The position numbers and the translations under genes were made by a program. Positions 33,400 to 43,571 of a stretch of DNA of 64,000 nucleotides are shown here, in pieces. The stretch is from positions 1 through 64,000 of the IMG/VR virus record IMGVR_UViG_3300030328_002692; one strand, 5' to 3'. Positions within the stretch are counted from its first letter, which is position 1. Every line of letters begins with the position of its first letter. This stretch comes from a virus. The notes beneath the pieces are model-generated. The model searched no databases and was not told the DNA's origin. It saw only the letters and a program-made list of their open reading frames with translations.

Positions 33400-33890
33400 T
33401 GGTCAATTCAAGACAAAAAGGGAGTAAAGCAGAACTTCAAGTCGCTGCTATGCTCAAAACATATACAGGACTTGAATTTACAGGAACGCCCGGAAGTGGT
33501 AGTGGTAAAATTAAGGGAGATTTGTATGTAATAGATAAACATAATATCTTTCTTATAGAAGTAAAACACTATAGGGATATGGCGTTCAATCAAAAGATTT
33601 TTACACAAAAGAATAATAATTTTGTAAAATGGTGGACAAAGGCAATTTCACAGGCAAAAGATATGAAACAAGAGCCTCTACTGATTATGAAACAGAATTA
33701 CTCGCAATGGTATATTGCGACTACAAGAAAGCCTGTGAACACAAAACGATATATGTACATAAACTGGCTCGGTGCGTATATTGTATTAGCAGATAAGTGG
33801 CTGGAATACGAAAAAGTGGAATTTACAAATGGCGATAAACTTCTCAAGCCTTGGGAACCAGATCCAGAATGGGAACTTACTGATAGTTGA
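33399..33890 (+). CDS. D14: Holliday-junction resolvase-like PD-(D/E)XK nuclease
   Basis: SRQKG..AE, KGD, IEVKHY. Confidence 0.85.
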   Translation: MVNSRQKGSKAELQVAAMLKTYTGLEFTGTPGSGSGKIKGDLYVIDKHNIFLIEVKHYRDMAFNQKIFTQKNNNFVKWWTKAISQAKDMKQEPLLIMKQNYSQWYIATTRKPVNTKRYMYINWLGAYIVLADKWLEYEKVEFTNGDKLLKPWEPDPEWELTDS

Positions 33891-34692
33891 TGGTCTTAAT
33901 GTTGCATTTAGATGGAAACATTCAAGACAATTAGAATTTAAACACGACTATGTAAGAACTGTTGAGAGTCTGGCAAAATCCTACAACTGTGGGAACATTA
34001 TAGTACTAGCTGATGGTGGCAGTACTTATAGAAAAAATATCTATCCTGAATACAAGGCGAATAGAAAGGAAAGATATTCAGAACAAACAGAACAAGAAAA
34101 AGCTGAGTTTGCTCAATTCATGGGCGAATTTAGTAATGCCTTTACAAATTTGAAAAAGAAAGGGCATTTAACAATAAAACAAAGCGGCTTAGAAGCTGAT
34201 GATTTGGCTGCTTGGATAGTTGGTAAAAAAGAAGATTTTGGTATAGATGAAATTTGGTTGATATCGTCAGATAAAGACTGGGATTTACTTATATCAGATA
34301 AAGTATCTCGTTTTAGTACAGTAACTAGAAAAGAGATTACAATGAATAATTGGGACGACCATTATGATGTTGAGCCAGATAAATATCTAACGCTCAAATG
34401 TCTAGCAGGCGATACAGGAGATAATGTTCCTGGAATTGCTGGTATCGGTCCAAAGAGAGCTGTATCATTAATTGAACAGTATGGAGATTTGTTTGATATA
34501 TACAATGCCTGTCCAATAGATAGTCATTATAAATTCATACAAAGTCTTAATGAACACGCAGACAGACTGTTGCTCAACGCGGAACTCATGGATTTAGAGA
34601 GTTATTCCGAGCAGGCACTCATAGAAGCAGACATGAATTTAGAGGATTTATCCTCACAAATATTGGAGTATTTGAATGAAGTTAGAGATTGA
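33829..34692 (+). CDS. D15: 5'-3' exonuclease/flap endonuclease
   Basis: IVDG, YKANR, EADD, SSDKD, GDTGDNVPGIAGIGPK. Confidence 0.93.
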   Translation: MAINFSSLGNQIQNGNLLIVDGLNVAFRWKHSRQLEFKHDYVRTVESLAKSYNCGNIIVLADGGSTYRKNIYPEYKANRKERYSEQTEQEKAEFAQFMGEFSNAFTNLKKKGHLTIKQSGLEADDLAAWIVGKKEDFGIDEIWLISSDKDWDLLISDKVSRFSTVTRKEITMNNWDDHYDVEPDKYLTLKCLAGDTGDNVPGIAGIGPKRAVSLIEQYGDLFDIYNACPIDSHYKFIQSLNEHADRLLLNAELMDLESYSEQALIEADMNLEDLSSQILEYLNEVRD

Positions 34693-36442
34693 TTATAGCA
34701 AAGATAATTTGCTAACAGAATTTAGTAAGAAAACTCTAAAAGATAGATATTTAGTAGGTGATGAACAATCACCGCAGGAAGCATTTGCACGGGCAGCTTC
34801 AGCATTTGCTGATGACCAAGACCATGCACAAAGAATTTATGATTACGCAAGTAATTTATGGTTTATGTTTGCTACTCCTGTACTATCAAATGGAGGCACT
34901 CAGCGTGGCCTACCAATTAGTTGTTTTCTTAATTATGTAGATGACAGTAGAGAGGGTATTACTGGTCATTATACAGAGAATGCTTATCTATCATCAATGG
35001 GTGGTGGAATAGGCGGTAGCTGGAGTGATGTTCGTTCACAAGGAACAAAAACATCAAAAGGCTCAGAAAGTACAGGGGTTATTCCCTTTATGAAAGTAGT
35101 AGATGCGGAAATGCTTGCATTCTCGCAAGGTGTAACTCGTAGGGGTAGTTATGCATCTTATTTACATATGTCACACCCCGAAATAGAGGAATTTTTAGAT
35201 GTTAGAAAACCAACTGGCGGAGATACTAATCGTAAGTGTATTAATTTACATCATGGTGTTGTTATCCCAGATAAGTTCATGGAAGTTATCCACAAGGCGA
35301 CGAAAGAGCCAAACTTCAATGATGACTGGGAACTTATTGACCCGCATAGTAAAGAAGTTAAAAAGGTAGTAAGTGCAAGAACACTTTGGGTAAAACTATT
35401 ACAAAACAGAATGGAAACAGGAGAGCCTTATCTCATGTTTGAAGATGCTGTAGATGCAGATTTACCTGATTTTCAGAAAAAGAAAGGTTTAAAAGTAAAT
35501 CATAGTAATCTTTGTTCTGAAATTACACTTGCAACAAATGAAGAAAGGACAGCAGTATGTTGTTTATCTAGTGTAAATCTGGAGTATTTTGATGAATGGT
35601 CAAAAGTCCCAGCATTTATACCCGATTTAATAAGATTCTTAGATAATGTATTAACATATTTTATAGAAAATGCTCCAAATGAACTAGAAAGAGCTAGATA
35701 TAGCGCTTCTAGGGAAAGGAGTATAGGTTTGGGAGCTATGGGATTTCATGCTTATTTGCAAAAGAATAACATGGCTTTTGAAGGAATGTGGGCAAGTGCT
35801 AAAAATCATTTGATGTTTAAGCATATAAAAGACTACGCTCAAACAGAAACACAAAGACTTGCAGCAGAAAGAGGAGCCTGCCCAGATGATGATTCTTGTA
35901 CAGTAAGAAATGCACATCTATTGGCAATAGCTCCAAATGCAAGTAGTTCTATTATATGTGGTAATACATCTCCAAGTATAGAGCCTTTTAGAGCAAATGC
36001 TTATAATCAAAAGACTAAGTCTGGTTCGTATTTGCAGAAGAATAAATTTCTTGAAAAAGTATTAGAAGAATATGGACAAAATACAGATAATATATGGTCT
36101 AGTATTATTTCTAATAAAGGTAGTGTTCAGCATTTAGAATTCTTATCTGCAGATGAAAAAGAAATATTTAAAACAGCTGTAGAAATAAATCAGGCATGGG
36201 TAGTAGAACACGCTAGTGAGAGGCAGGAGTATATTTGTCAATCACAGAGTGTTAATCTTTTCTTCCCACCTGATGTAAATAAAGGCGACCTACACAATGT
36301 GCATATGCTAGCGTGGGCTAAAAATATGAAAACACTTTATTATTTACGAAGTGAGGCTATTAGTCGTGCTGATAATGTATCTAATGAAGTAAAAAGAGAG
36401 ATAATCTTTGAACAATCAGATTGTCTAAGTTGTGAGGGTTAA
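34676..36442 (+). CDS. nrdA: Class I ribonucleotide reductase alpha subunit (no ATP cone)
   Basis: ATPVL, ISCF, SNLCSEI, IAPNASSS, KTLYYLRS, C-terminal CLSC. Confidence 0.95.
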   Translation: MKLEIDYSKDNLLTEFSKKTLKDRYLVGDEQSPQEAFARAASAFADDQDHAQRIYDYASNLWFMFATPVLSNGGTQRGLPISCFLNYVDDSREGITGHYTENAYLSSMGGGIGGSWSDVRSQGTKTSKGSESTGVIPFMKVVDAEMLAFSQGVTRRGSYASYLHMSHPEIEEFLDVRKPTGGDTNRKCINLHHGVVIPDKFMEVIHKATKEPNFNDDWELIDPHSKEVKKVVSARTLWVKLLQNRMETGEPYLMFEDAVDADLPDFQKKKGLKVNHSNLCSEITLATNEERTAVCCLSSVNLEYFDEWSKVPAFIPDLIRFLDNVLTYFIENAPNELERARYSASRERSIGLGAMGFHAYLQKNNMAFEGMWASAKNHLMFKHIKDYAQTETQRLAAERGACPDDDSCTVRNAHLLAIAPNASSSIICGNTSPSIEPFRANAYNQKTKSGSYLQKNKFLEKVLEEYGQNTDNIWSSIISNKGSVQHLEFLSADEKEIFKTAVEINQAWVVEHASERQEYICQSQSVNLFFPPDVNKGDLHNVHMLAWAKNMKTLYYLRSEAISRADNVSNEVKREIIFEQSDCLSCEG

Positions 36443-37402
36443 ATGAATTTATTAGAAGAAAGAGATTATTACAAACCTTTTAACTATCCGTGGGCATTTG
36501 AGTTTTATAAAAAACAACAACAAATGCATTGGCTTCCTGATGAAGTTCCACTTCAAGATGATATAAAGGATTATAAAGAAAAACTTACACCTGAAAATAG
36601 AGCATTGGTAGATAATATCTTCCGATTCTTTACACAAGCAGATGTAGATGTATGTTGCGGATATGCTCAGCATTATCTTCCAACATTCAAACAACCAGAA
36701 GTAAGAATGATGCTAGTTAGTTTTGCTGCTATGGAAGCAGTGCACCAAGAAGCATACTCCCTACTTCTAGAGACTCTAGGTAAATCGGACGAAGAGTATC
36801 AGATGTTTACCCAGATTCAAGCAATGTCAGATAAACATGACTATCTCACAGATTTTAATATGAGAAATGAGCATGAAATGGCAAAAACAATGGCAGTTTA
36901 TAGTGGATTTACAGAAGGAGTACAACTATTTAGTAGTTTTGCTATCCTTCTTAATCTGCCTAGACATAATCTTATGAAAGGCATGGGACAAATAGTAACA
37001 TGGTCTATTAGGGACGAGTCCCTTCATGTAGAGGGAATGTCAAAACTGTTTAGAACGTTTATACAAGAAAGACCACATTTGTGGACTGACAAGTTAAAAT
37101 ATGAAGTATACTGTGCTGCAGAACGAGTAGTAGAACTAGAAGATAGTTTTATTGATGTTTGTTTTGATGGTGCAGATATTCCTGATTTGACTGGAAAAGA
37201 AGTGAAAGAATATATAAGATATATCGCAGACCGTAGACTATTAGGTCTAGGTATGAAAGCTATATTCCATAGTACTGATAATCCATTACCATGGCTGGAT
37301 CAACAGTTAAATGCTGTGGAACACGCGAACTTCTTTGAAAACCGTGCTACTGAATATGCCAAGAGTAGTACACAAGGTAATTGGCAAGATATATTTAAAT
37401 AG
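36443..37402 (+). CDS. nrdB: Ribonucleotide reductase beta subunit
   Basis: EAVHQEAY, EG, RDESLH, NFFE...EY. Confidence 0.95.
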   Translation: MNLLEERDYYKPFNYPWAFEFYKKQQQMHWLPDEVPLQDDIKDYKEKLTPENRALVDNIFRFFTQADVDVCCGYAQHYLPTFKQPEVRMMLVSFAAMEAVHQEAYSLLLETLGKSDEEYQMFTQIQAMSDKHDYLTDFNMRNEHEMAKTMAVYSGFTEGVQLFSSFAILLNLPRHNLMKGMGQIVTWSIRDESLHVEGMSKLFRTFIQERPHLWTDKLKYEVYCAAERVVELEDSFIDVCFDGADIPDLTGKEVKEYIRYIADRRLLGLGMKAIFHSTDNPLPWLDQQLNAVEHANFFENRATEYAKSSTQGNWQDIFK

Positions 37403-37411
37403 GAGAAAAAA

Positions 37412-37675
37412 ATGGCAACAGAAGTAACCAATAACGAGCCTGTATTAATGTTTAACGACAAAAAATACATAATCTCGGAACTGCATGACGATGCAAAGGT
37501 TATAGTAGCGTTATTACAAGGATTAGAGCAAGACTTAGCTCAAGCAAAGATTCAGCATGATAGACTATTATTAGCCAAAGAAGGATACACTAGTAGACTC
37601 GAGCAAGTCATAGACAAAGACCCAAATGAGGTCGAAGCAGAGCCTGTGGTAGATACACCAACAGAAGACGGTTAA
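37412..37675 (+). CDS. Small coiled-coil protein
   Basis: AGGAG SD; heptad pattern. Confidence 0.75.
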   Translation: MATEVTNNEPVLMFNDKKYIISELHDDAKVIVALLQGLEQDLAQAKIQHDRLLLAKEGYTSRLEQVIDKDPNEVEAEPVVDTPTEDG

Positions 37676-37689
37676 AGGCTTATAAAACG

Positions 37690-37715
37690 AAAAACCCGCC
37701 TAGTGCGGGTTTTTT
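37690..37715. terminator. Bidirectional intrinsic terminator between convergent early and late arms
   Basis: AAAAACCCGC-ctagt-GCGGGTTTTTT. Confidence 0.9.
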
Positions 37716-37731
37716 ATTGTCTATTGCGTGT

Positions 37732-37899
37732 TTAAGTATCGCTATAGTCCATTTCTTTTAGTACAGTTTCTTTTACTAAATTAGTATGTCCGTCTGAAGA
37801 AGAATTAGCCTCTTCTTTTATAAGTTTTACTGTCCATTTATCTCCAGACTTTACCCATCTAAGTATTTTTCCTGCTTCTATATTTGCCATTCCTTCCAT
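37732..37899 (-). CDS. 55-aa protein downstream of a tail fibre
   Basis: AGGAG SD; manually translated MEGMANIEAGKILRWVKSGDKW... Confidence 0.6.
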   Translation of the reverse strand: MEGMANIEAGKILRWVKSGDKWTVKLIKEEANSSSDGHTNLVKETVLKEMDYSDT

Positions 37900-37912
37900 T
37901 TGTGTCTCCTAA

Positions 37913-40900
37913 TTAAAAGTTGAAGTGTGCGTTCTCTTGGTGAGTTGTTACCATTCTGTTTGCTTCACCTGAATGTTGTGAATCCATCCACATAATATTA
38001 TATTGACTCCATGAACCGGTGTCCAAGTTTGTTATATTTGTTGCTAAAAGATAAAATTGTATTCTATCTCCAGCAGTTACATCAAAACAAGCTGAATTAT
38101 GAATAGAGTTCCATTGACTGTTTGTATTTGTTATTAATTGATATGCCATTACTGAATTATTTGCATCATTTGCAGGTGAACGGTATATACGAGATGTGGC
38201 ATAACTAGTTGCACCAGTGGTTATTATATCTTGGTTCATATCGACCCATACTTTTCCATCTCGTTTTATGTGTATACCATAATTTCCAGTTGTATCTATT
38301 TCAAATATATTTGGATTCATATATCCACCAGCGGCATGTTGTCTTAAATCTAAAAAGCCTGAATTATTAGTAGTAATCGCACTACTATTATCTAGCCTAA
38401 ACATAGCACATTCTACAGGTCCATATCCAGGCCCACCTGGATTGACAAGTTGCATATCTTCTGCCTCTGCCTCTAGTTTTAATCTTCTCCACCCTATTAA
38501 TGTGTCGTGACCACTTGAACCACCCTTAAACTCAAATCTAATATAAATGTCTCCACTAAATACTCCTCCGATAGACATTTGTCCTATAGTACTAAAGTTT
38601 AGGGTTGCGCTTTGGTCTAATGAACCTGCTCCAAAAGTTCCAGTAGCTGCGTTTGTCCAGTTTAAATCATCAAAAGAATAATCTATATTCATAGTTCTTG
38701 TTGTGCCATCAGCTGAATTTCCACACTCATGATTAAGAGCCATTGTTGTTGCTTTACTTAAAGAAACTTTAAATTTAATATATGAATTAGTTGTACTTGC
38801 TCCCTTACCTGCACCAACATAATATAATCCGTTACTATAAGAGCCAACATCAAAATTAACATTATATGAACCAAAGCAAGCTTCTTTTAATGCCTTTTTA
38901 ATATTAGCATTGACTTCAGAGCCATGACCGCCCATACCATTAAACTCAAATGGAGTATAATGAGTAGACCTAATACCAACACTTGAAGCTGTTCTAACTA
39001 CATCAGCGTCACTACTTGTAGCAGCACCACCTGTAATACGCATTCTTTCTGTGGAAGAGCCGCCAGTAGGTTGAGTACTAAAAACTAATCTTGCATTATC
39101 TGTTGCACCATCTGTTATTGCCGATATTGTTGCCAAGTCTGTATCAGTATTATTACCAAACATGATTCTACCAATACCTTGGTCGTTGTTTGAGTCATTT
39201 CTTCTTATTTGTATTCCATGACCGCCACCTGAAGCAGGGGTTTCTATTTGGAATAAATCATCAACATGACTAGCGGTATCTCCAATAATAACTTTACCTG
39301 AACTATCGATCCGCATTCTTTCAGTGCCACCAGTTGCAAGAGCCATAAATGCTGTAGTACCAAGTGCATCTAAATATTGCCCACCAGTTGCATTTTGATA
39401 TAGCTCAAATCTACTATTACCTGTTCTATGGGCTTCGAGTATACTACCTGATCCACCTGCACTATCAATGGTTAGCATATAACCCATAGCACTTCCTGCA
39501 TGATTTGTGCTTGTTGCAATTCCAACTTTGCCACCATCATCAATCCTCATTCTTTCAGTTGGTGCTGAATCAGTTACAACATCTCTTGTAAGAAAAATAA
39601 GTTCTCCTTTTGTATCTCCTGCTGTGCTTGTTTCTTGAAAACCTATATAAGCTGGTGAGTGAGTGTTGGTAGCATCTGTATAACCAAAACCAATCATAAA
39701 ATGACCAGTACTACCATCTGGTCCAAAATCATCACTACCAAGTTGTAGATAAGTATTGGCTGCTGTTATAGATGTTGGTGCATTTTGACCTGCTGCATTA
39801 GAAATTGTGAGTTTACCTAGGGGTGCTGTATTTCCAATTCCAACCTTACCTGCACTTGTAATACGCACTCTTTCTGAGCCATTAACAGTTGCAGCTAAAT
39901 GTGAACTTCCTGCATTAATACTTATGCTTGATCCTGAATAAGCTGTAATTGCATCAGTAAATAAAGTACCATTTTGAACGTAAGAGTTACCCACAACATG
40001 CAATGGTGCTGAAGGACTCGAAGTTCCTATACCAACTCTATCTGTGCTTGCATCAACATATAACATATAATCACTACCTGTGCTATATACTGCAAAGTCT
40101 TGATTATTATTTTCTTGATTTAATCTTACTAAACTATTAGTAATTTGTAATCTTGTACTATTACCTGTGACAAAGCTTTGTGTATCTGTATCAGAAAAAC
40201 GAAAATAGTTATCTACATCCCCTGAATGCATTATTTTTGAAGGTATTGTTAAATCACTAGAAAAAGTTGCCGCACCCCCAGCTGACATATCAAGAACTAA
40301 AGCATTTACACCCGAACCACCATCATTGCCTCTAAATATTATGTCTTTGTCTTGAACACTAGCTTTTATTTGGAAATCAGAACTAGAGTTTTCAAAAACC
40401 CCAATTTCAGTACCACCATCTTTAAATCTAATATCACCACCATCTGCGTCAAGAATAATATCTCCAGCACTGTCAAGTATCATGCTTGATGTAGCATTTG
40501 AAATCGTATTACTAGAAATTGCAATGTTGCCTGAAGTTAAATTTCCTGCAAGTGCAGTTGCTGTCAAAGTACCAGTAACTGTCACACCACCTGTTACTGT
40601 TTCTAATTTTTTACTATTATCATAATATAATTCGACTGCACCATTCTCTATGGCTGATATCATTTGTTCGTTATAAGCTGCATTTTTAAGGTAAATTGCA
40701 TTTGCAGCTACTACTAAATTTCCTGTTCCATTGTCTATAATATAAGAGTTGCTACCATCATGTGTTAGTAAAAAGTCTGAACTATCTCCTAATTTAATAT
40801 AGTCATTATCTCCCATTACTAAATGAGAGGTTAAAGTAGTTGTACCTGCTAGTGTTATTCCAGAAGCTATAGTATCTGAAGTAACAGAATTATCTGCCAT

Positions 40901-41140
40901 TTTTGCCGTTGTAACTGCGTCGTCAGCTATCTTTGCGGTTGTCACATTTGCGTCCGTAATCTTAGCTGTTGTTACTGCATCGTCGTTTAGTTTGGCAGTA
41001 GTTATATTACTATCTGCTATTTTTGCCGTTGTTATAGCGTTTACTGCGATATCTGCTGGCGATATTGTGCCATCGGATAAATGCGTTGCAGTTATCGCGC
41101 TATCGGCTATTAATTCACTTGGTATCTTTGTATTTGCCAT
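37913..41140 (-). CDS. Tail fibre/receptor-binding protein
   Basis: N-terminal AKIADxxVT repeats, ERMRI...GxVGIG repeats, distinct C-terminal domain. Confidence 0.8.
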   Translation of the reverse strand: MANTKIPSELIADSAITATHLSDGTISPADIAVNAITTAKIADSNITTAKLNDDAVTTAKITDANVTTAKIADDAVTTAKMADNSVTSDTIASGITLAGTTTLTSHLVMGDNDYIKLGDSSDFLLTHDGSNSYIIDNGTGNLVVAANAIYLKNAAYNEQMISAIENGAVELYYDNSKKLETVTGGVTVTGTLTATALAGNLTSGNIAISSNTISNATSSMILDSAGDIILDADGGDIRFKDGGTEIGVFENSSSDFQIKASVQDKDIIFRGNDGGSGVNALVLDMSAGGAATFSSDLTIPSKIMHSGDVDNYFRFSDTDTQSFVTGNSTRLQITNSLVRLNQENNNQDFAVYSTGSDYMLYVDASTDRVGIGTSSPSAPLHVVGNSYVQNGTLFTDAITAYSGSSISINAGSSHLAATVNGSERVRITSAGKVGIGNTAPLGKLTISNAAGQNAPTSITAANTYLQLGSDDFGPDGSTGHFMIGFGYTDATNTHSPAYIGFQETSTAGDTKGELIFLTRDVVTDSAPTERMRIDDGGKVGIATSTNHAGSAMGYMLTIDSAGGSGSILEAHRTGNSRFELYQNATGGQYLDALGTTAFMALATGGTERMRIDSSGKVIIGDTASHVDDLFQIETPASGGGHGIQIRRNDSNNDQGIGRIMFGNNTDTDLATISAITDGATDNARLVFSTQPTGGSSTERMRITGGAATSSDADVVRTASSVGIRSTHYTPFEFNGMGGHGSEVNANIKKALKEACFGSYNVNFDVGSYSNGLYYVGAGKGASTTNSYIKFKVSLSKATTMALNHECGNSADGTTRTMNIDYSFDDLNWTNAATGTFGAGSLDQSATLNFSTIGQMSIGGVFSGDIYIRFEFKGGSSGHDTLIGWRRLKLEAEAEDMQLVNPGGPGYGPVECAMFRLDNSSAITTNNSGFLDLRQHAAGGYMNPNIFEIDTTGNYGIHIKRDGKVWVDMNQDIITTGATSYATSRIYRSPANDANNSVMAYQLITNTNSQWNSIHNSACFDVTAGDRIQFYLLATNITNLDTGSWSQYNIMWMDSQHSGEANRMVTTHQENAHFNF

Positions 41141-41143
41141 AAT

Positions 41144-43570
41144 TTATCCTTCTAATGTTGTTATTCTTGCTTCAAGCTCTTGTATTGTTTTTACTAGTAA
41201 TGGAACTAATTTGCTATTATCCATCATTTGCATATCTTCTGCATCTTTTTCTCCTACAATTGCTTCAGGAACTATGCTTGAAACTTCGTGTGCTAAGAAT
41301 CCATCTACTAATGTATCTGAGGTATCTGATATGTAGTTAAATCTTTTTGGTTTTAATTGTTTGAGTCTAGTAGTAGCATTTGTCATATCTGTTACATTTT
41401 CTTTCAATCTATAATCAGAAGTTCCACCATAAGTTATAGTTGAACCATTTTGGCTAATTGAACCTATAGTACTACCATTATTTCTAATTATCACCATATC
41501 TCCAGAACCTAAACTTCTGTTTAAAAGTAAACAAACGTCATTATTAGTAGAATTTACTTGTTGTCCACCACCAAATGAATGACCATAAGTATCATTACTA
41601 TTTGATAACCCCGAAGATGTTGTATTACCAATTACTACATTACCGCCAGCTTCAATACGCATTCTTTCAGTAAATGATGAGCCTGTATTGAATGAAATAT
41701 ATCCACCATCTAATGAAAGTTCTGCACTGTTGCTTGCAACTCCATAGCCAGTTCTGATTGTAAACTTAGTAAATCCACTATTATCTGAGTGAATAAAATT
41801 GTTAGCCATTCTTATTTCAGAATCATCTCCATCTAGCTGAAGGTTTGCACCATTACCACCTATTCCTGCACTACTATAGGAATATTTATCAGCTGAACCC
41901 TTACTAAATTTAGCTACATCATTCCCAGCAACTTTTAATTGAATATAAGGGTTTGCACCATTTTCTGTATCTTGTGCATCAAATACTACACCAGCATCTT
42001 GCTGACCACCACTTGCTGCTGTTTGTAATGATAAACCTCTACCTGAGTTGGAAGCGCCTGTAAATACTGCTTGTTCTGAGTTTACTGCACCTCTAATATC
42101 TAATCTTGCAGTAGGATTATTTGTTCCTATACCAACATTTCCACCTCTAAGATTCATAGTTTCTGTTGTACCAGCAATAAATCTCATTCTGCCACCTTCA
42201 CCAGAAGAAGATGCAAATTGAGTTATGCTTCCATAATCAATATCACCACTATCTCCTAAATTTAAAATAGCACCATGACTTGTAGTTCCTGCTTGAATTG
42301 ACATGGTGGTATAATCAGCATCTAGAAGATGCAGGATTGTTGAAGGATTATTTGTTCCTATACCAACATTTCCACCTCTTTTAAAAGTCATAACATCATA
42401 ACCAGTAGTACTATTATTTTTATTCCATAATTGTAAGGAGCCATCAGAGTCGGAATCATACCAACCCCAACCATAAGTTGCATTAGCTATTGAGATATTA
42501 TTAAATAGACCTAGCCATGGAGATGTTCCACCAGCAGTACTATTACCCATATGCATACTAGCATAATATCCGCCACTTCCTGCATATAAATGAAGTGGGT
42601 GTACAGGAGCTGTAACTCCTATACCAACTCCAGTAGTAGTAATGCGCATTCGTTCACCACCACCACCATTAAAAGCTATGACGTTAGCTGCAACTTCGTC
42701 TATGTAAGTATCACCACCGCCATCTAGGTAAAGTTTTTTTGTAGGCTGTATTGATATATGGTCGTCAAACCTAGCTTCACCGCCAACCACATGAAGTTTT
42801 TGTGCAGGACTGCTAGTTCCAATTCCAACATTACCACTCTGAAGAATGACTAATCTTGGCGTGTAAGTATCATTTGTACCGTCTGCATCTGCAGCACCAC
42901 TTGATATTTCAAATCCTGTATTAACATTTTCCTGTGCAGCAATCTGCCAGTTATAGTGTGAGGCTCCAGTTTGAAATTGTAATTGAGGGGAGGTTGTACT
43001 AACTACTAAGTTTCCAGTTATTGTTCCACCTGTTGTTGCTAAGAAAAGGTCAGTGTCTGCTGTCCATGCTACATCTGTTCCATCTGACGTAAGTACATGA
43101 CCACTTGAGCCAATACCTAACAGTGATGGATCTCCTGCAGAATCTCCTACTATTATACTTCCACGAGTTATGCCTGCCAATTGTCCTATTCCTACTGCAT
43201 TATCTGCTATCTGGTCTGCTGTTACTTGGTTGTCGTCTATGTGTTGTGTAAGGATTGCATTATTTGCTATGTCTCCACTTCCTATTGCAGCAGATGCTAT
43301 TTTTGCTGATGTGATTGTACTGTCAGCTAGTTTTACAGTTGTAATCTGACCATCAGCTATATCTGCGGTAACTATTGTTCCGTCTGCTATTTTTGCTGAT
43401 GTGATTGTGCCGTCAGCTATCTGAGTAGCCGTTACTGCGTTAATCGCTATCTGAACTGCTGTAACATTATTCTGCGCTATATGTACTGATGTAATAGCGT
43501 TATCGGCTATTAACGTACCTTGTATCGCATTAATTGCTACTAGTTCTGCTGGTATTGTTGTGTTTCCCAT
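41144..43570 (-). CDS. Tail fibre with peptidase S74 intramolecular chaperone
   Basis: GNVGIGT repeats; TSDYRLKENV...GFLAHEV...LVKTIQEL. Confidence 0.88.
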   Translation of the reverse strand: MGNTTIPAELVAINAIQGTLIADNAITSVHIAQNNVTAVQIAINAVTATQIADGTITSAKIADGTIVTADIADGQITTVKLADSTITSAKIASAAIGSGDIANNAILTQHIDDNQVTADQIADNAVGIGQLAGITRGSIIVGDSAGDPSLLGIGSSGHVLTSDGTDVAWTADTDLFLATTGGTITGNLVVSTTSPQLQFQTGASHYNWQIAAQENVNTGFEISSGAADADGTNDTYTPRLVILQSGNVGIGTSSPAQKLHVVGGEARFDDHISIQPTKKLYLDGGGDTYIDEVAANVIAFNGGGGERMRITTTGVGIGVTAPVHPLHLYAGSGGYYASMHMGNSTAGGTSPWLGLFNNISIANATYGWGWYDSDSDGSLQLWNKNNSTTGYDVMTFKRGGNVGIGTNNPSTILHLLDADYTTMSIQAGTTSHGAILNLGDSGDIDYGSITQFASSSGEGGRMRFIAGTTETMNLRGGNVGIGTNNPTARLDIRGAVNSEQAVFTGASNSGRGLSLQTAASGGQQDAGVVFDAQDTENGANPYIQLKVAGNDVAKFSKGSADKYSYSSAGIGGNGANLQLDGDDSEIRMANNFIHSDNSGFTKFTIRTGYGVASNSAELSLDGGYISFNTGSSFTERMRIEAGGNVVIGNTTSSGLSNSNDTYGHSFGGGQQVNSTNNDVCLLLNRSLGSGDMVIIRNNGSTIGSISQNGSTITYGGTSDYRLKENVTDMTNATTRLKQLKPKRFNYISDTSDTLVDGFLAHEVSSIVPEAIVGEKDAEDMQMMDNSKLVPLLVKTIQELEARITTLEG

Positions 43571-43571
43571 A

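Noticed and set aside
23247-37402. Introns or inteins in pol, helicases or nrdAB
   Set aside because: ORFs are continuous and of normal or compact length, with no splicing motifs seen
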